From positions 6,676 through 70,675 of the forward strand of contig CAYNNZ010000003.1 in the NCBI GenBank assembly GCA_964398815.1: DNA of 64,000 nt. The letters run 5' to 3'. Below, one piece after another: positions 9,395 to 18,515 of the stretch (position 1 is the stretch's first letter; each line of letters begins with the position of its first letter). Source of the DNA: an uncultured Candidatus Saccharibacteria bacterium (lineage in GTDB: Bacteria; Patescibacteriota; Minisyncoccia; Phycocordibacterales; Phycocordibacteraceae). Under the pieces are notes generated by a model that worked only from the letters and a program-made list of their open reading frames with translations, made no database searches and was not told where the DNA came from. Position numbers and translations under genes: made by a program.

Positions 9395-9919
9395 ATGAAG
9401 AACGCCCTCATTATCGGCGGACTATGCGTTGTCTTGCTTGCGCTCGGAGCCGCATTCTATTTCCATGCAACGATACCGTCTGAGAGCACTTCCGCGACGG
9501 CCAGCACAGAATCGCCCACAAAGGCAGAAGTGAAATTCAAAGTGCTAGGTGCAGGAGAGCACGCGAATACTGTCGTAGAACGAAAGAATTACGCCATCTA
9601 CGACCTTGCTGAGTACAACGAGATGTGGAAGCGCGCTCACAATGACGATGGCACGAAGGCTCCGTACGTTGATTTCAATACGAGTTATGTGATTGGGGTG
9701 TTCGCTGGGCGCCAACCTACCGCAGGGTATTCGATAGCAGTTACGCGCGTCACAGAAACTGGAGATGCGCGCACGGTTGCGGTGACCATCGCGGAGCCAG
9801 GTGATGGCTGCAATGTCATTGAAGAGGAAACGAGTCCATACCAATTCGTGGTGGTGCCATTCAGTGAAAGCATGGCGCTTGCGCATACAGACGTTCGTAG
9901 CAAGAAAGACTGCCGCTAG
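9395..9919 (+). CDS. Secreted/membrane-anchored protein with a PrcB_C-like domain
   Basis: N-terminal TM/signal anchor (LIIGGLCVVLLALGAAF). C-terminal segment YVIGVFAGRQPTAGYSIAVTRVTETGD…YQFVVVP fits the PrcB C-terminal (protease-complex) domain pattern. Confidence 0.5.
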   Translation: MKNALIIGGLCVVLLALGAAFYFHATIPSESTSATASTESPTKAEVKFKVLGAGEHANTVVERKNYAIYDLAEYNEMWKRAHNDDGTKAPYVDFNTSYVIGVFAGRQPTAGYSIAVTRVTETGDARTVAVTIAEPGDGCNVIEEETSPYQFVVVPFSESMALAHTDVRSKKDCR

Positions 9920-9952
9920 TGCCTTTTTCCATATCGTCAGCGATACGCTAGG

Positions 9953-11290
9953 ATGCGTTCTATGGATACGCGTGCGTACTTCGCCGGAAAGAAGATAACC
10001 GTCCTCGGACTCGGGCTTCTTGGGCGTGGGGTAGGGGATGCCAAATTCCTTGCCGAGCAGGGCGCAGAACTCATCATCACGGACCTCAAATCAGAGACTG
10101 AACTCGCTGATTCTCTCGCACAGTTAAGCGCATTTCCCTCCATAACCTATCGTCTTGGTGGACACGATGTGGAGGACTTTAAGGGGCGAGATTTCATACT
10201 GAAGGCTGCGGGCGTTCCAGACCCGTCACCGTTCTTGGATGCAGCACGCGCTGAGGGCACGCCTATAAAAATGAGCGCCTCGTGGTTTGCGGAACTCGCG
10301 GGTGTCATCTGCGTCGGCGTTACGGGTACGCGAGGGAAATCGACCACGACTCATCTCATTCACCACATACTCGAGACGGCAGGACACTCACCGCTTCTCG
10401 GAGGTAACGTGCGCGGGGTGTCTACGCTCGCGCTTCTTGCGGAAGCGAAGTCAGAGCATGTTGCCGTCCTCGAGCTTGATTCATGGCAATGCCAAGGATG
10501 GGGCGAAGCGAAGATGAGTCCGCACGTAGCTGTGTTCACCACCTTCTATCCGGACCACCTCAATTACTACAAGGGCGATCTCGACCGGTATCTCGCTGAT
10601 AAGGCCAACATATTCCTGCATCAGGAGCCTCAGGACACGCTTATCGTTGGCGCGCAGTGCAGCGAACTGATAGAGGAGAAATACAAAGACCGCATCCAGG
10701 CGTACGAGATTGTAGTTGGAGCGCACGATCTGCGCGCAGATTGGGAATTCCCGCTTCCTGGCGAACATAATCGATACGATGCGGCACTTGCGGTTGAGGC
10801 TGCACGGGCGCTCTTGGTTGATGACGCGGATATTGAGAAGGCGCTGGCAACATTTGCAGGCGTTCCGGGTCGTCTCGAATTCATCCGCGAGGTGAATGGC
10901 ATACGGGTCTACAACGACACGACCTCTACCACTCCGGACGCAACCATCGCGGCGCTCTCTGCGCTCGACCCGGAAGGGAAGAAGAACATCGTCATCATCA
11001 TGGGCGGCGCAGACAAGGACCTTGATATGTCTGCGCTTCTGCCGGAACTTACTGCGCATGCGAAACGCGTCATCATGCTCGCGGGAACTGGTACCTCGCG
11101 TATCGCACATCAGATTCCGGACGTATCTGTGTACGACTCGCTTCCGTCTGCAGTAGATGAAGCCATGCGCTCTGCGCTTTCGGGAGACACCGTTGTGCTC
11201 TCACCGGCCTTCGCTTCATTCGGCATGTTCAAGAACGAGTATGATAGGGGAGACCAGTTCAACGCACTCATACAGGCATATGCTGCTTAA
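9953..11290 (+). CDS. murD: UDP-N-acetylmuramoylalanine--D-glutamate ligase MurD
   Basis: N-terminal Rossmann KKITVLGLGLLGRGV and the Mur ligase P-loop GVTGTRGKSTTT; full Mur ligase length. Confidence 0.85.
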   Translation: MRSMDTRAYFAGKKITVLGLGLLGRGVGDAKFLAEQGAELIITDLKSETELADSLAQLSAFPSITYRLGGHDVEDFKGRDFILKAAGVPDPSPFLDAARAEGTPIKMSASWFAELAGVICVGVTGTRGKSTTTHLIHHILETAGHSPLLGGNVRGVSTLALLAEAKSEHVAVLELDSWQCQGWGEAKMSPHVAVFTTFYPDHLNYYKGDLDRYLADKANIFLHQEPQDTLIVGAQCSELIEEKYKDRIQAYEIVVGAHDLRADWEFPLPGEHNRYDAALAVEAARALLVDDADIEKALATFAGVPGRLEFIREVNGIRVYNDTTSTTPDATIAALSALDPEGKKNIVIIMGGADKDLDMSALLPELTAHAKRVIMLAGTGTSRIAHQIPDVSVYDSLPSAVDEAMRSALSGDTVVLSPAFASFGMFKNEYDRGDQFNALIQAYAA

Positions 11291-12569
11291 CGAAAAAGAA
11301 ATAACACGCGCGTACTTCATCGGCATCGGTGGTATCGGCATGTCTGCGCTTGCGCAGCTCATGAAAGACCATGGGGTGCGTGTCATGGGTTCCGACCGGG
11401 AGGAAAGTCCGGTGACCGAGCTTTTGCATGAGAAGGGTATCGCGGTCGCAATCGGTCAGCAGGAGGAGAATCTTCCGGCCGATATAGACGTCGTTATATA
11501 TAGCGAAGCGGTCTGGGATGATAATCCAGAGCGAATTGAGGCGCGCAGGCGCGGTATACCCCAGATGTCGTATTTCACGGCGCTCGGTGAGGTATCCAAA
11601 GGCAAGAAAACTATTGCGATATCGGGAACGCACGGGAAGACCACCACCACTGGTATGACGGCGCGCATACTGCGCGATGCTGGTGTCTCACCTTCGGCAG
11701 TCGTAGGCTCCCTCGTAAAGGATTTCGGAAGCAATTATCTTTCTGGTACCGGGGAATATTTGGTGGTGGAGGCCTGCGAATACAAGCGAGATTTCATGAC
11801 CCTGTCTCCATATATTCTCGTCGTAACAAACATCGAATTTGACCATACGGATTACTACAAAGACTTGGCCGACGTGCAGAGTGCCTTCCGTGCACTCATG
11901 GAGAAAGTGCCTGAGGATGGCGCCATTGTGACGGACGCGGAGAATCCAAACATCAAGCCTCTTTTATCAGGACTTTCGGCACGTATTATCGATTACACAA
12001 CCGAGCCCGCATATACGCTCACGCTTCCGGGTGAATTCAATCAGATGAATGCACGCGCGGCCTCGGCGGCTGCACGCGCAGCGAAGGACGATATCATTCC
12101 TGAAAACATTGCTGCTTCGTTAAAAGAGTTTGCAGGAACTTGGCGGAGATTCGAATACAAAGGAAAGACGGCAGCAGGCGCAGAAGTATACGACGACTAT
12201 GCGCATCACCCGACCGCCGTCGCTAAGACTCTTGCCGTCCTCAAAACAAAGACAAAAGGGAAGCTCTATGTCGCATTTCATCCGCATCTCTACAGCCGCA
12301 CGCGCGACCTGCTCGACGAGTTCGGAAAGGCGTTCAAGGATGCAGACGGAGTATTTATCGCGCCTATCTATGCTGCACGCGAAGTGGATGATGGCACCGT
12401 GTCGAGCGAAATACTCGCAAAACTTATAAAGAAGAACGGTACGCAGGCGGAGGCGCTCACCTTCGACCAGATACGCGAAGCGTTCATAACGTATCCCAAG
12501 AAGGGCGACGTCATAGTCACGATGGGTGCGGGAGATATATATAAGGTCGCGGACGCGCTTATCGCATAA
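11280..12569 (+). CDS. murC: UDP-N-acetylmuramate--L-alanine ligase MurC
   Basis: MLLNEKEITRAYFIGIGGIGMSALAQ… and AISGTHGKTTTT. Start taken at ATG 11280 inside ORF 11157-12569, overlapping the murD stop by 11 nt. Confidence 0.85.
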   Translation: MLLNEKEITRAYFIGIGGIGMSALAQLMKDHGVRVMGSDREESPVTELLHEKGIAVAIGQQEENLPADIDVVIYSEAVWDDNPERIEARRRGIPQMSYFTALGEVSKGKKTIAISGTHGKTTTTGMTARILRDAGVSPSAVVGSLVKDFGSNYLSGTGEYLVVEACEYKRDFMTLSPYILVVTNIEFDHTDYYKDLADVQSAFRALMEKVPEDGAIVTDAENPNIKPLLSGLSARIIDYTTEPAYTLTLPGEFNQMNARAASAAARAAKDDIIPENIAASLKEFAGTWRRFEYKGKTAAGAEVYDDYAHHPTAVAKTLAVLKTKTKGKLYVAFHPHLYSRTRDLLDEFGKAFKDADGVFIAPIYAAREVDDGTVSSEILAKLIKKNGTQAEALTFDQIREAFITYPKKGDVIVTMGAGDIYKVADALIA

Positions 12570-12571
12570 GT

Positions 12572-13252
12572 ATGGGAACACTTTCTGTAGTCGCGACTCC
12601 CATCGGCAACCTCGGGGATATCACATTCCGCGCCATCGAAACATTAAAGGATGCAGACGCTATTGCCTGCGAAGATACGCGCGTAACGAGTAAGCTCCTG
12701 TCGCGATTTGATATTAGTAAGCCGCTGCTTATTTATCACGCGCGAAGCGGGAAGCTGGCTGCAGACCGTATCCTAGCGCTTCTGGCAGAAGGGAAGCGTG
12801 TCGCGCTCGTGACCGATGCTGGAACTCCCGGCATATCGGACCCAGGCAGCGCGCTTGTAGCCGAAGTGAAGCTGAAGCTGGGGGATGAGGTGCGCATCGA
12901 GGCGATACCTGGTCCTGCAGCGCTCACGGCAGCGCTCTCCATCGCTGGCATCCCGACGCATGAGTTCGTATTCCTGGGGTTTCTGCCGCATAAGAAAGGC
13001 CGTAAGACGGCATTCGAGGAGATGGCGACAAGTGAGCGCACGGTCGCGTTCTATGAATCCCCGCATCGCATCGAGAAGGCACTCGCCTCACTTGCCGAAG
13101 TGCTACCAGAGACACGGAAGGTGGTGGTGCTGCGCGAACTCACGAAAATTCATGAGTCTGTCGTCGAGGGGAACGCAACTGAGGTTGCCGAATATTTCAA
13201 AACACATCCGGGGCAGGTCCGTGGCGAGTTCGTCGTCCTCGTCGCTGCATAG
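12572..13252 (+). CDS. rsmI: 16S rRNA (cytidine1402-2'-O)-methyltransferase RsmI (tetrapyrrole-methylase fold)
   Basis: GTLSVVATPIGNLGDITFRAIETLKDADAIACEDTR… is the typical RsmI N-terminus; about 226 aa. Confidence 0.8.
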   Translation: MGTLSVVATPIGNLGDITFRAIETLKDADAIACEDTRVTSKLLSRFDISKPLLIYHARSGKLAADRILALLAEGKRVALVTDAGTPGISDPGSALVAEVKLKLGDEVRIEAIPGPAALTAALSIAGIPTHEFVFLGFLPHKKGRKTAFEEMATSERTVAFYESPHRIEKALASLAEVLPETRKVVVLRELTKIHESVVEGNATEVAEYFKTHPGQVRGEFVVLVAA

Positions 13253-13276
13253 ATTTCCCCAGGTATTTCCGCACGC

Positions 13277-13483
13277 GTGCCGTACAATTCGGATATGTCA
13301 CGAAGCGGCATACTCATCGCACTCGGCGTTCTCGTCATGCTCGCGCCTTTTTCCGGCATACCGCTCGCATGGCAGGAATTCATTCTGCCGGCAATCGGTC
13401 TCGCTATCGCAGTCATTGGATATTCATCGCGTAAGCGACCGGCGGATAGTAAGGTTGATGAGCCGCTTACAGTCGCGGCATAG
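13277..13483 (+). CDS. Small hypothetical membrane protein (two predicted TM helices)
   Basis: 68-aa ORF, hydrophobic (ILIALGVLVMLAPF…ILPAIGLAIAVIG). Coding status uncertain. Confidence 0.3.
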   Translation: MPYNSDMSRSGILIALGVLVMLAPFSGIPLAWQEFILPAIGLAIAVIGYSSRKRPADSKVDEPLTVAA

Positions 13484-13509
13484 CGGGACGAAGCGTTATA
13501 CTACGGGTA

Positions 13510-15255
13510 ATGGATGAGAATCCGGAGCGCGTAACGTATTTCGCTGCGACTGACGCCCGCGGCAAGAAACAGCCCTTCGGCATCAAGGCGAAGGATAGGG
13601 CGCGCCATATGTATGTCATCGGGAAGACGGGCATGGGTAAATCGACCCTGCTCGAGAACATGGCCATACAGGATATCCGGAACGGGGAAGGTATGGCTTT
13701 CATCGACCCGCACGGGTCAGCCGTCGAGAAATTGCTCGATTACATTCCGGCAAATCGCGTAAACGACGTGGTGTATTTCGCCCCGTTCGATCTCGATAAG
13801 CCAATTGCGTTCAATGTGATGGAGGATGTGGGCTACGACAAGCGCCACCTCGTGGTGTCAGGCCTCATGGCGACCTTCAAGAAAATCTGGGTGGATGCAT
13901 GGTCCGCTCGTATGGAGTACATCCTCAGCAACACACTCCTCGCGCTTCTGGAATACCCAGGCGCGACCCTGCTCGGCGTGAATCGTATGTACACCGATAA
14001 GGGGTACCGCAAGAAGGTGATTGATAACGTGAAGGACCCGGTCGTGAAGGATTTCTGGATAAAGGAATTCAATACGTACACCGACCGCTACACGCAGGAG
14101 GCGACTCCGGCTATCCAGAACAAAATCGGCCAGTTCACCTCTAATCCGCTCATCCGCAACATCATCGGCCAGCCGAACTCTTCATTTGATATCCGCACCC
14201 TGATGGATACGAAGAAGATTCTTATCATCAATCTCTCAAAGGGGCTCGTGGGCGATACCAACATGAAGCTACTCGGCTCAATGATTACGACGCGCATCTT
14301 CCTCGGTGCCATGAGTCGCGCAGACCTACCTGCCTATGAGCTCGCTAAGCAGCCGAACTTCTATTTCTACGTAGACGAATTCCAGAACTTCGCGAACGAA
14401 ACATTTGCAGAGATTTTGTCTGAGGCGCGTAAATACAAACTGAACCTCATCATTGCGCATCAGTACGTGGAGCAGATGGAAGAGGAGGTGGCTGCCGCGG
14501 TGTTCGGCAACGTGGGTACCACTGTTGCGTTCCGTGTGGGTCCATTTGATGCAGAGAAACTAGAGGTGGTGTTCGCGCCAGAATTCACTCCAGAGGATTT
14601 AGTGAATCTAGGATTCGCGCAGATTTATCTGTCGCTCATGATTGATGGCATAGGCTCGCGCCCATTCTCTGCGGTTACCATTCCGCCCATCGAACCACCA
14701 CCCCGCAGCTATCGCACAGAAGTGATAGAGGCTTCGCGCGCGCAGTTCGCCAATACGCGTGCGGACATCGAGAATGTTATCTACGAGGAGCTGGCACAAG
14801 CATACGAAGCGCCGCCGGAGCCGCCTGCGAAGAAACAATATGGACCGCAGCGCACGAACACCTCAAGCGCACCGCGCGAGGACCGGCCAGCACCCCGCCG
14901 CGATGACAGGCCGCGCGACGACCGACCCCGTGAGGAACGTCCGCGAGACGACCGGCCAAGGAGGGAGGCGCCTCCCCAGAAGTCAGCTGAAGATCTGAAA
15001 GACATCATTCGCGCCACGATGGCGAAGCAGGGTCAGAAGAAGCAGGAGGTGGTCGAGCAGAAGCAGGGAAACTTGAAGAGCGCGCTCGCGGAAGTGATTA
15101 AGAAGGAAGAGCCAAAACAACGGGAGCCGCAGCGCGATAGGCAACAGCCACCCCGTCCGCAGAAACCGGACGTACCTCCACCCCCACAAGACGGTTCTGC
15201 ATTTGAGGTGCCGGAGCATGTCTTGAAAGAGCTATTCTCCAAGGGATTGGAATAA
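13510..15255 (+). CDS. HerA/FtsK/TraG(VirD4)-superfamily P-loop ATPase (DUF87-like) with an R/D/E/P-rich low-complexity C-terminal tail
   Basis: Walker A VIGKTGMGKST followed by the FIDPHG motif typical of HerA/DUF87/T4SS-coupling-like ATPases; Walker B YFYVDEFQNF. C-terminal about 170 aa are disordered (DRPRDDRPREERPRDDRPRRE…PQKPDVPPPPQ). Confidence 0.45.
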   Translation: MDENPERVTYFAATDARGKKQPFGIKAKDRARHMYVIGKTGMGKSTLLENMAIQDIRNGEGMAFIDPHGSAVEKLLDYIPANRVNDVVYFAPFDLDKPIAFNVMEDVGYDKRHLVVSGLMATFKKIWVDAWSARMEYILSNTLLALLEYPGATLLGVNRMYTDKGYRKKVIDNVKDPVVKDFWIKEFNTYTDRYTQEATPAIQNKIGQFTSNPLIRNIIGQPNSSFDIRTLMDTKKILIINLSKGLVGDTNMKLLGSMITTRIFLGAMSRADLPAYELAKQPNFYFYVDEFQNFANETFAEILSEARKYKLNLIIAHQYVEQMEEEVAAAVFGNVGTTVAFRVGPFDAEKLEVVFAPEFTPEDLVNLGFAQIYLSLMIDGIGSRPFSAVTIPPIEPPPRSYRTEVIEASRAQFANTRADIENVIYEELAQAYEAPPEPPAKKQYGPQRTNTSSAPREDRPAPRRDDRPRDDRPREERPRDDRPRREAPPQKSAEDLKDIIRATMAKQGQKKQEVVEQKQGNLKSALAEVIKKEEPKQREPQRDRQQPPRPQKPDVPPPPQDGSAFEVPEHVLKELFSKGLE

Positions 15256-15335
15256 GTGAAACTTTTTTGAGGTGTCGCGAGTAGTAAGGGGTATAGAGAA
15301 CCTTACGAGCGATAACCGACAAAAGCATGAAGATG

Positions 15336-15371
15336 GCATAGCTGGCCCGGGCGTTCCGCAGAAACGGAGCG
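15336..15371 (+). other. GC-rich 15-bp hairpin (possible terminator/attenuator without a U-tract)
   Basis: GGCCCGGGCGTTCCG-CAGAAA-CGGAGCGCCCGGGCC, located between the ATPase gene and the first sugar-locus gene. Confidence 0.35.
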
Positions 15372-15422
15372 CCCGGGCCGCCGTTGCGTCCTGCCCGGTC
15401 GTCTCGTATCGTTACCTACATT

Positions 15423-16268
15423 ATGGCCAAACTCATTCTTGTTACCGGAGGCGCTGGATTCGTGGGCAGTAATCTATGCCGGCGTCTCGTTGCTGACGGA
15501 CATCGCGTTATCTCCCTTGATAATGGATTCGTCGGTGAGGGGAATCAACTCGAAGGGGTCGAGTACCGCACAGGACACACGAAGGACATCGAATCGATCG
15601 TGCCGGAGACGCCTGACATGATTTACCACCTCGGGGAATATTCTCGTGTCGAACGCAGTCTTATCGAACCGGATGTGGTCTGGGATTTGAATGTGGCTGG
15701 TACATTCCGCGTTCTTGAATACTGGCGCTCACGGAAGTCAAAACTCATATACGCAGGGAGCTCAACGAAATTTGCCGATGGCGGTCTTGGTCGCGATCTT
15801 TCTCCCTATACCTGGACCAAGGCCACCAACACTGAACTCGTCCGGAATTACGGCGAGTGGTACGGTCTGCCGTACGCAATTACGTATTTCTATAACGTAT
15901 ACGGACCGGGGGAGCGTGCTGGTGCATACGGAACGGTCATCGAAATATTCAAACAGAAGCGACTCTCTGGAGAGCCGCTTACGGTGAACGCTCCCGGAAC
16001 CCAGAAGCGCAACTTCACGCACATCAACGATATCGTAGAGGGTCTTATCCTCGTTGGGGAACAGGGTGAGGGTGATGAATTCGGCCTCGGTAATCATGAG
16101 GCGTATTCCATCCTCGAAGTCGCTGAATTTTTCGGAGGAGAGATAGAAATGAAGCCAGAGGTTTCAGGTAACCGCATGAACTCAGACGTGGACACAAGCA
16201 AGTCGGAGCTGCTTGGATGGAAGGCGACGCATTCACTCCCGGATTACATCAAGAACTGCACGCAATAA
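15423..16268 (+). CDS. NAD-dependent epimerase/dehydratase (extended SDR) family protein
   Basis: MAKLILVTGGAGFVGSNL Rossmann motif; YxxxK active-site region (SPYTWTKAT). Start at ATG 15423 within ORF 15384-16268. Confidence 0.75.
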   Translation: MAKLILVTGGAGFVGSNLCRRLVADGHRVISLDNGFVGEGNQLEGVEYRTGHTKDIESIVPETPDMIYHLGEYSRVERSLIEPDVVWDLNVAGTFRVLEYWRSRKSKLIYAGSSTKFADGGLGRDLSPYTWTKATNTELVRNYGEWYGLPYAITYFYNVYGPGERAGAYGTVIEIFKQKRLSGEPLTVNAPGTQKRNFTHINDIVEGLILVGEQGEGDEFGLGNHEAYSILEVAEFFGGEIEMKPEVSGNRMNSDVDTSKSELLGWKATHSLPDYIKNCTQ

Positions 16269-17467
16269 TGAAGAAGGTTCTCATCTTCTCGCTCAACTAC
16301 TATCCCTTCGTTGGGGGAGCAGAAGTCGCAGTCAAAGAAATTACTGACCGCCTTCCGGCGGACGACTATGAGTTCCATATTCTCGTGCCGCACTACGATG
16401 CAAATCTTCCGAAGGAAGAAGTGATTGGTCGGGTTCACGTGCATCGGTTCGGCTTTAAGAAAGCGGGCGCGACCATCAGCGCCCAAAGCAGATATCCGCT
16501 CAAACTCAATAAGTACTACTACCAGATGCGGGCTGCTGCCGAAGCAGAGAAGCTGCACCGCACACATAAGTTCGATTTGATATGGGGCATGATGGCGCAT
16601 GCGACCGGCATCCCCGCAGGCATGTTCAAGGCGCGTCATCCTGAGATTCCATACCTGCTTACTCTTCAAGAGGGCGACCCGCTCGAATACATAGAACGGC
16701 TCATGAAGCCGGTGTGGCGACTGTTCAAGCAAGGATTTACCAAGGCGGATGGACTTCAGGCGATTTCGAATTTCCTCCTTGCGTGGGGAAAGCGTATGGG
16801 GTGTAGAGGAATTGCGGAAGTCATCCCCAACGGCGTCGATATTGCGCGATTCACTGCTCCAATCAGCGAGGCAGAAATCGGAAAGATGAAGCAGGAACTC
16901 GGAAAAGGGGAGCATGATGTGTACCTCGTGACTACCTCGCGGCTGGTGCACAAGAACGCGATAGACGACGTTATTCGCGCACTACCGCTTCTCGCTGAAA
17001 ATATTTCGTTCCTCGTGTATGGCATTGGTCCGGATGAGCCTATGCTCCGCGCTCTCGCAAAGGAACTTAAGGTGGAGGCGCGCGTACGCTTCATGGGACA
17101 GGCGTCTCACGAGAGTCTTCCACGCATACTCTCGGCCTGCGACATTTTTATACGACCCTCCCGCTCGGAAGGGATGGGTAATTCATTCATTGAGGCAATG
17201 GCTGCAGGTATCCCAGTCATCGCAACGCGTGAGGGTGGGATTCCGGACTTTTTGATAGATACGAAGCACTCCGAGCGTCCCGCTACCGGATTTGCCGTCT
17301 CGAAAGACTCTCCGCAGGAAATTGCCGTTACGGTAAATCACATCCTTTCTAATCAGGAGGAGGTGTCGAATACAATCGCCAACGCTCGTGCGCTCGTCAG
17401 CGAGCGATACGATTGGAACACCATTGCGAAACAGATGCAGGATTTGTTCGCACGTCTCCTTGCATAG
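16268..17467 (+). CDS. Glycosyltransferase family 4 (GT-B, retaining)
   Basis: MKKVLIFSLNYYPFVGGAEV N-terminus. C-terminal Glycos_transf_1 motif …RPSRSEGMGNSFIEAMAAGIPVIATREGG. The start overlaps the upstream stop (TAATG). Confidence 0.7.
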   Translation: MKKVLIFSLNYYPFVGGAEVAVKEITDRLPADDYEFHILVPHYDANLPKEEVIGRVHVHRFGFKKAGATISAQSRYPLKLNKYYYQMRAAAEAEKLHRTHKFDLIWGMMAHATGIPAGMFKARHPEIPYLLTLQEGDPLEYIERLMKPVWRLFKQGFTKADGLQAISNFLLAWGKRMGCRGIAEVIPNGVDIARFTAPISEAEIGKMKQELGKGEHDVYLVTTSRLVHKNAIDDVIRALPLLAENISFLVYGIGPDEPMLRALAKELKVEARVRFMGQASHESLPRILSACDIFIRPSRSEGMGNSFIEAMAAGIPVIATREGGIPDFLIDTKHSERPATGFAVSKDSPQEIAVTVNHILSNQEEVSNTIANARALVSERYDWNTIAKQMQDLFARLLA

Positions 17468-17507
17468 CGGCCTAGCGCCACGTCCTTGGCAGGGTACAAT
17501 ACCGCTC

Positions 17508-18515
17508 ATGCGCATCTTGCTCGGCTGCCCAGTGCCCGTTGATACGGTCGCCGGACCTGCCACTGTCGCTCGCGAATTTATTGCCTCCTTCCGCGGGAAG
17601 GGCGATAACGTGCGGGTAGCGACTTTCACTTCCTTCGAGCGGACACTCCCGCTCCCGCTTCGACACGTCGTTTTCTTCGTGCGCATCTTTCCTGAGGTCA
17701 TAAAATCTGATGCGGTACTTATGCTCGATCCTGCAAGCACAGGACCGGCACTCTCGCTTGCGGCGCGCATTACGCGCACTCGCTCGGTGCTGCGCATTGG
17801 CGGCGATTTCCTCTGGGAGTCCTATGTGGAGCGGACCGGTGAGCCAATCCTGCTTTCGCAGTTCAATCAAACGACGCACCCGCTGTCGCTTAAGGAGCGT
17901 TTTATACGAAGTGCGACTGCTATGACGCTCAAACTTTCAACCACGGTTATTTTCACCACCGAGTGGCAGCGCCATCTCTGGCAGGGCCACTATGGATTCG
18001 ACATGGATGCGGCGGAGGTCATACCGCCCGTGCTCCCATCTCGCGAGCCGTCACCGGCGACCGGTAAGGTCTTTCTTTCTGGTCACCGTTCCATGCGCAT
18101 TAAGAACGGGGCGGTGCTGCGCGCAGTGTGGAAGGAAGTCGAGGCGACCCATCCTGAGGCGGTGCTCGATATAGGAGAGCGTAGTCCTGCCGAATTCGCT
18201 GCTGCACTCAAAGACTGTTACGCCGTCATTGTTCCCTCAATAAGCGAAGTCTCGCCGAATGTGGTATTCGAGGCTATACGCTATGGAAAGCCGTTCATCG
18301 CTCCGCGTGATACGGGAATTTTCGATGAATTGTCGTCGCTCGGTAAGTTCGTCGATACGAGGAATCCTCAAGAGATTGCGCAGGCAGTCATTGAACTCCT
18401 GAATCCTTCTGAGTACAAAGCGTACGTAGAGCGCATACGAGATTTCGAGACTTCACGTAGCTGGGAAGAAGTCGCATTCGCGTACCGTCGTGCGCTACGA
18501 CCTTCAGGCATATGA
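17508..18515 (+). CDS. Glycosyltransferase (GT4-like)
   Basis: MRILLGCPVPVDTVAGPATV… N-terminus; C-terminal …VIVPSISEVSPNVVFEAIRYGKPFIAP (GT1-fold C-domain). Start at internal ATG 17508. Confidence 0.5.
   Translation: MRILLGCPVPVDTVAGPATVAREFIASFRGKGDNVRVATFTSFERTLPLPLRHVVFFVRIFPEVIKSDAVLMLDPASTGPALSLAARITRTRSVLRIGGDFLWESYVERTGEPILLSQFNQTTHPLSLKERFIRSATAMTLKLSTTVIFTTEWQRHLWQGHYGFDMDAAEVIPPVLPSREPSPATGKVFLSGHRSMRIKNGAVLRAVWKEVEATHPEAVLDIGERSPAEFAAALKDCYAVIVPSISEVSPNVVFEAIRYGKPFIAPRDTGIFDELSSLGKFVDTRNPQEIAQAVIELLNPSEYKAYVERIRDFETSRSWEEVAFAYRRALRPSGI

Noticed and set aside
10481-11110. 209-aa minus-strand ORF
   Set aside because: Antisense to murD.
12885-13517. 210-aa Arg/Ser-rich plus-strand ORF
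   Set aside because: Off-frame overlap with rsmI and the small membrane ORF; low-complexity RS-rich product.
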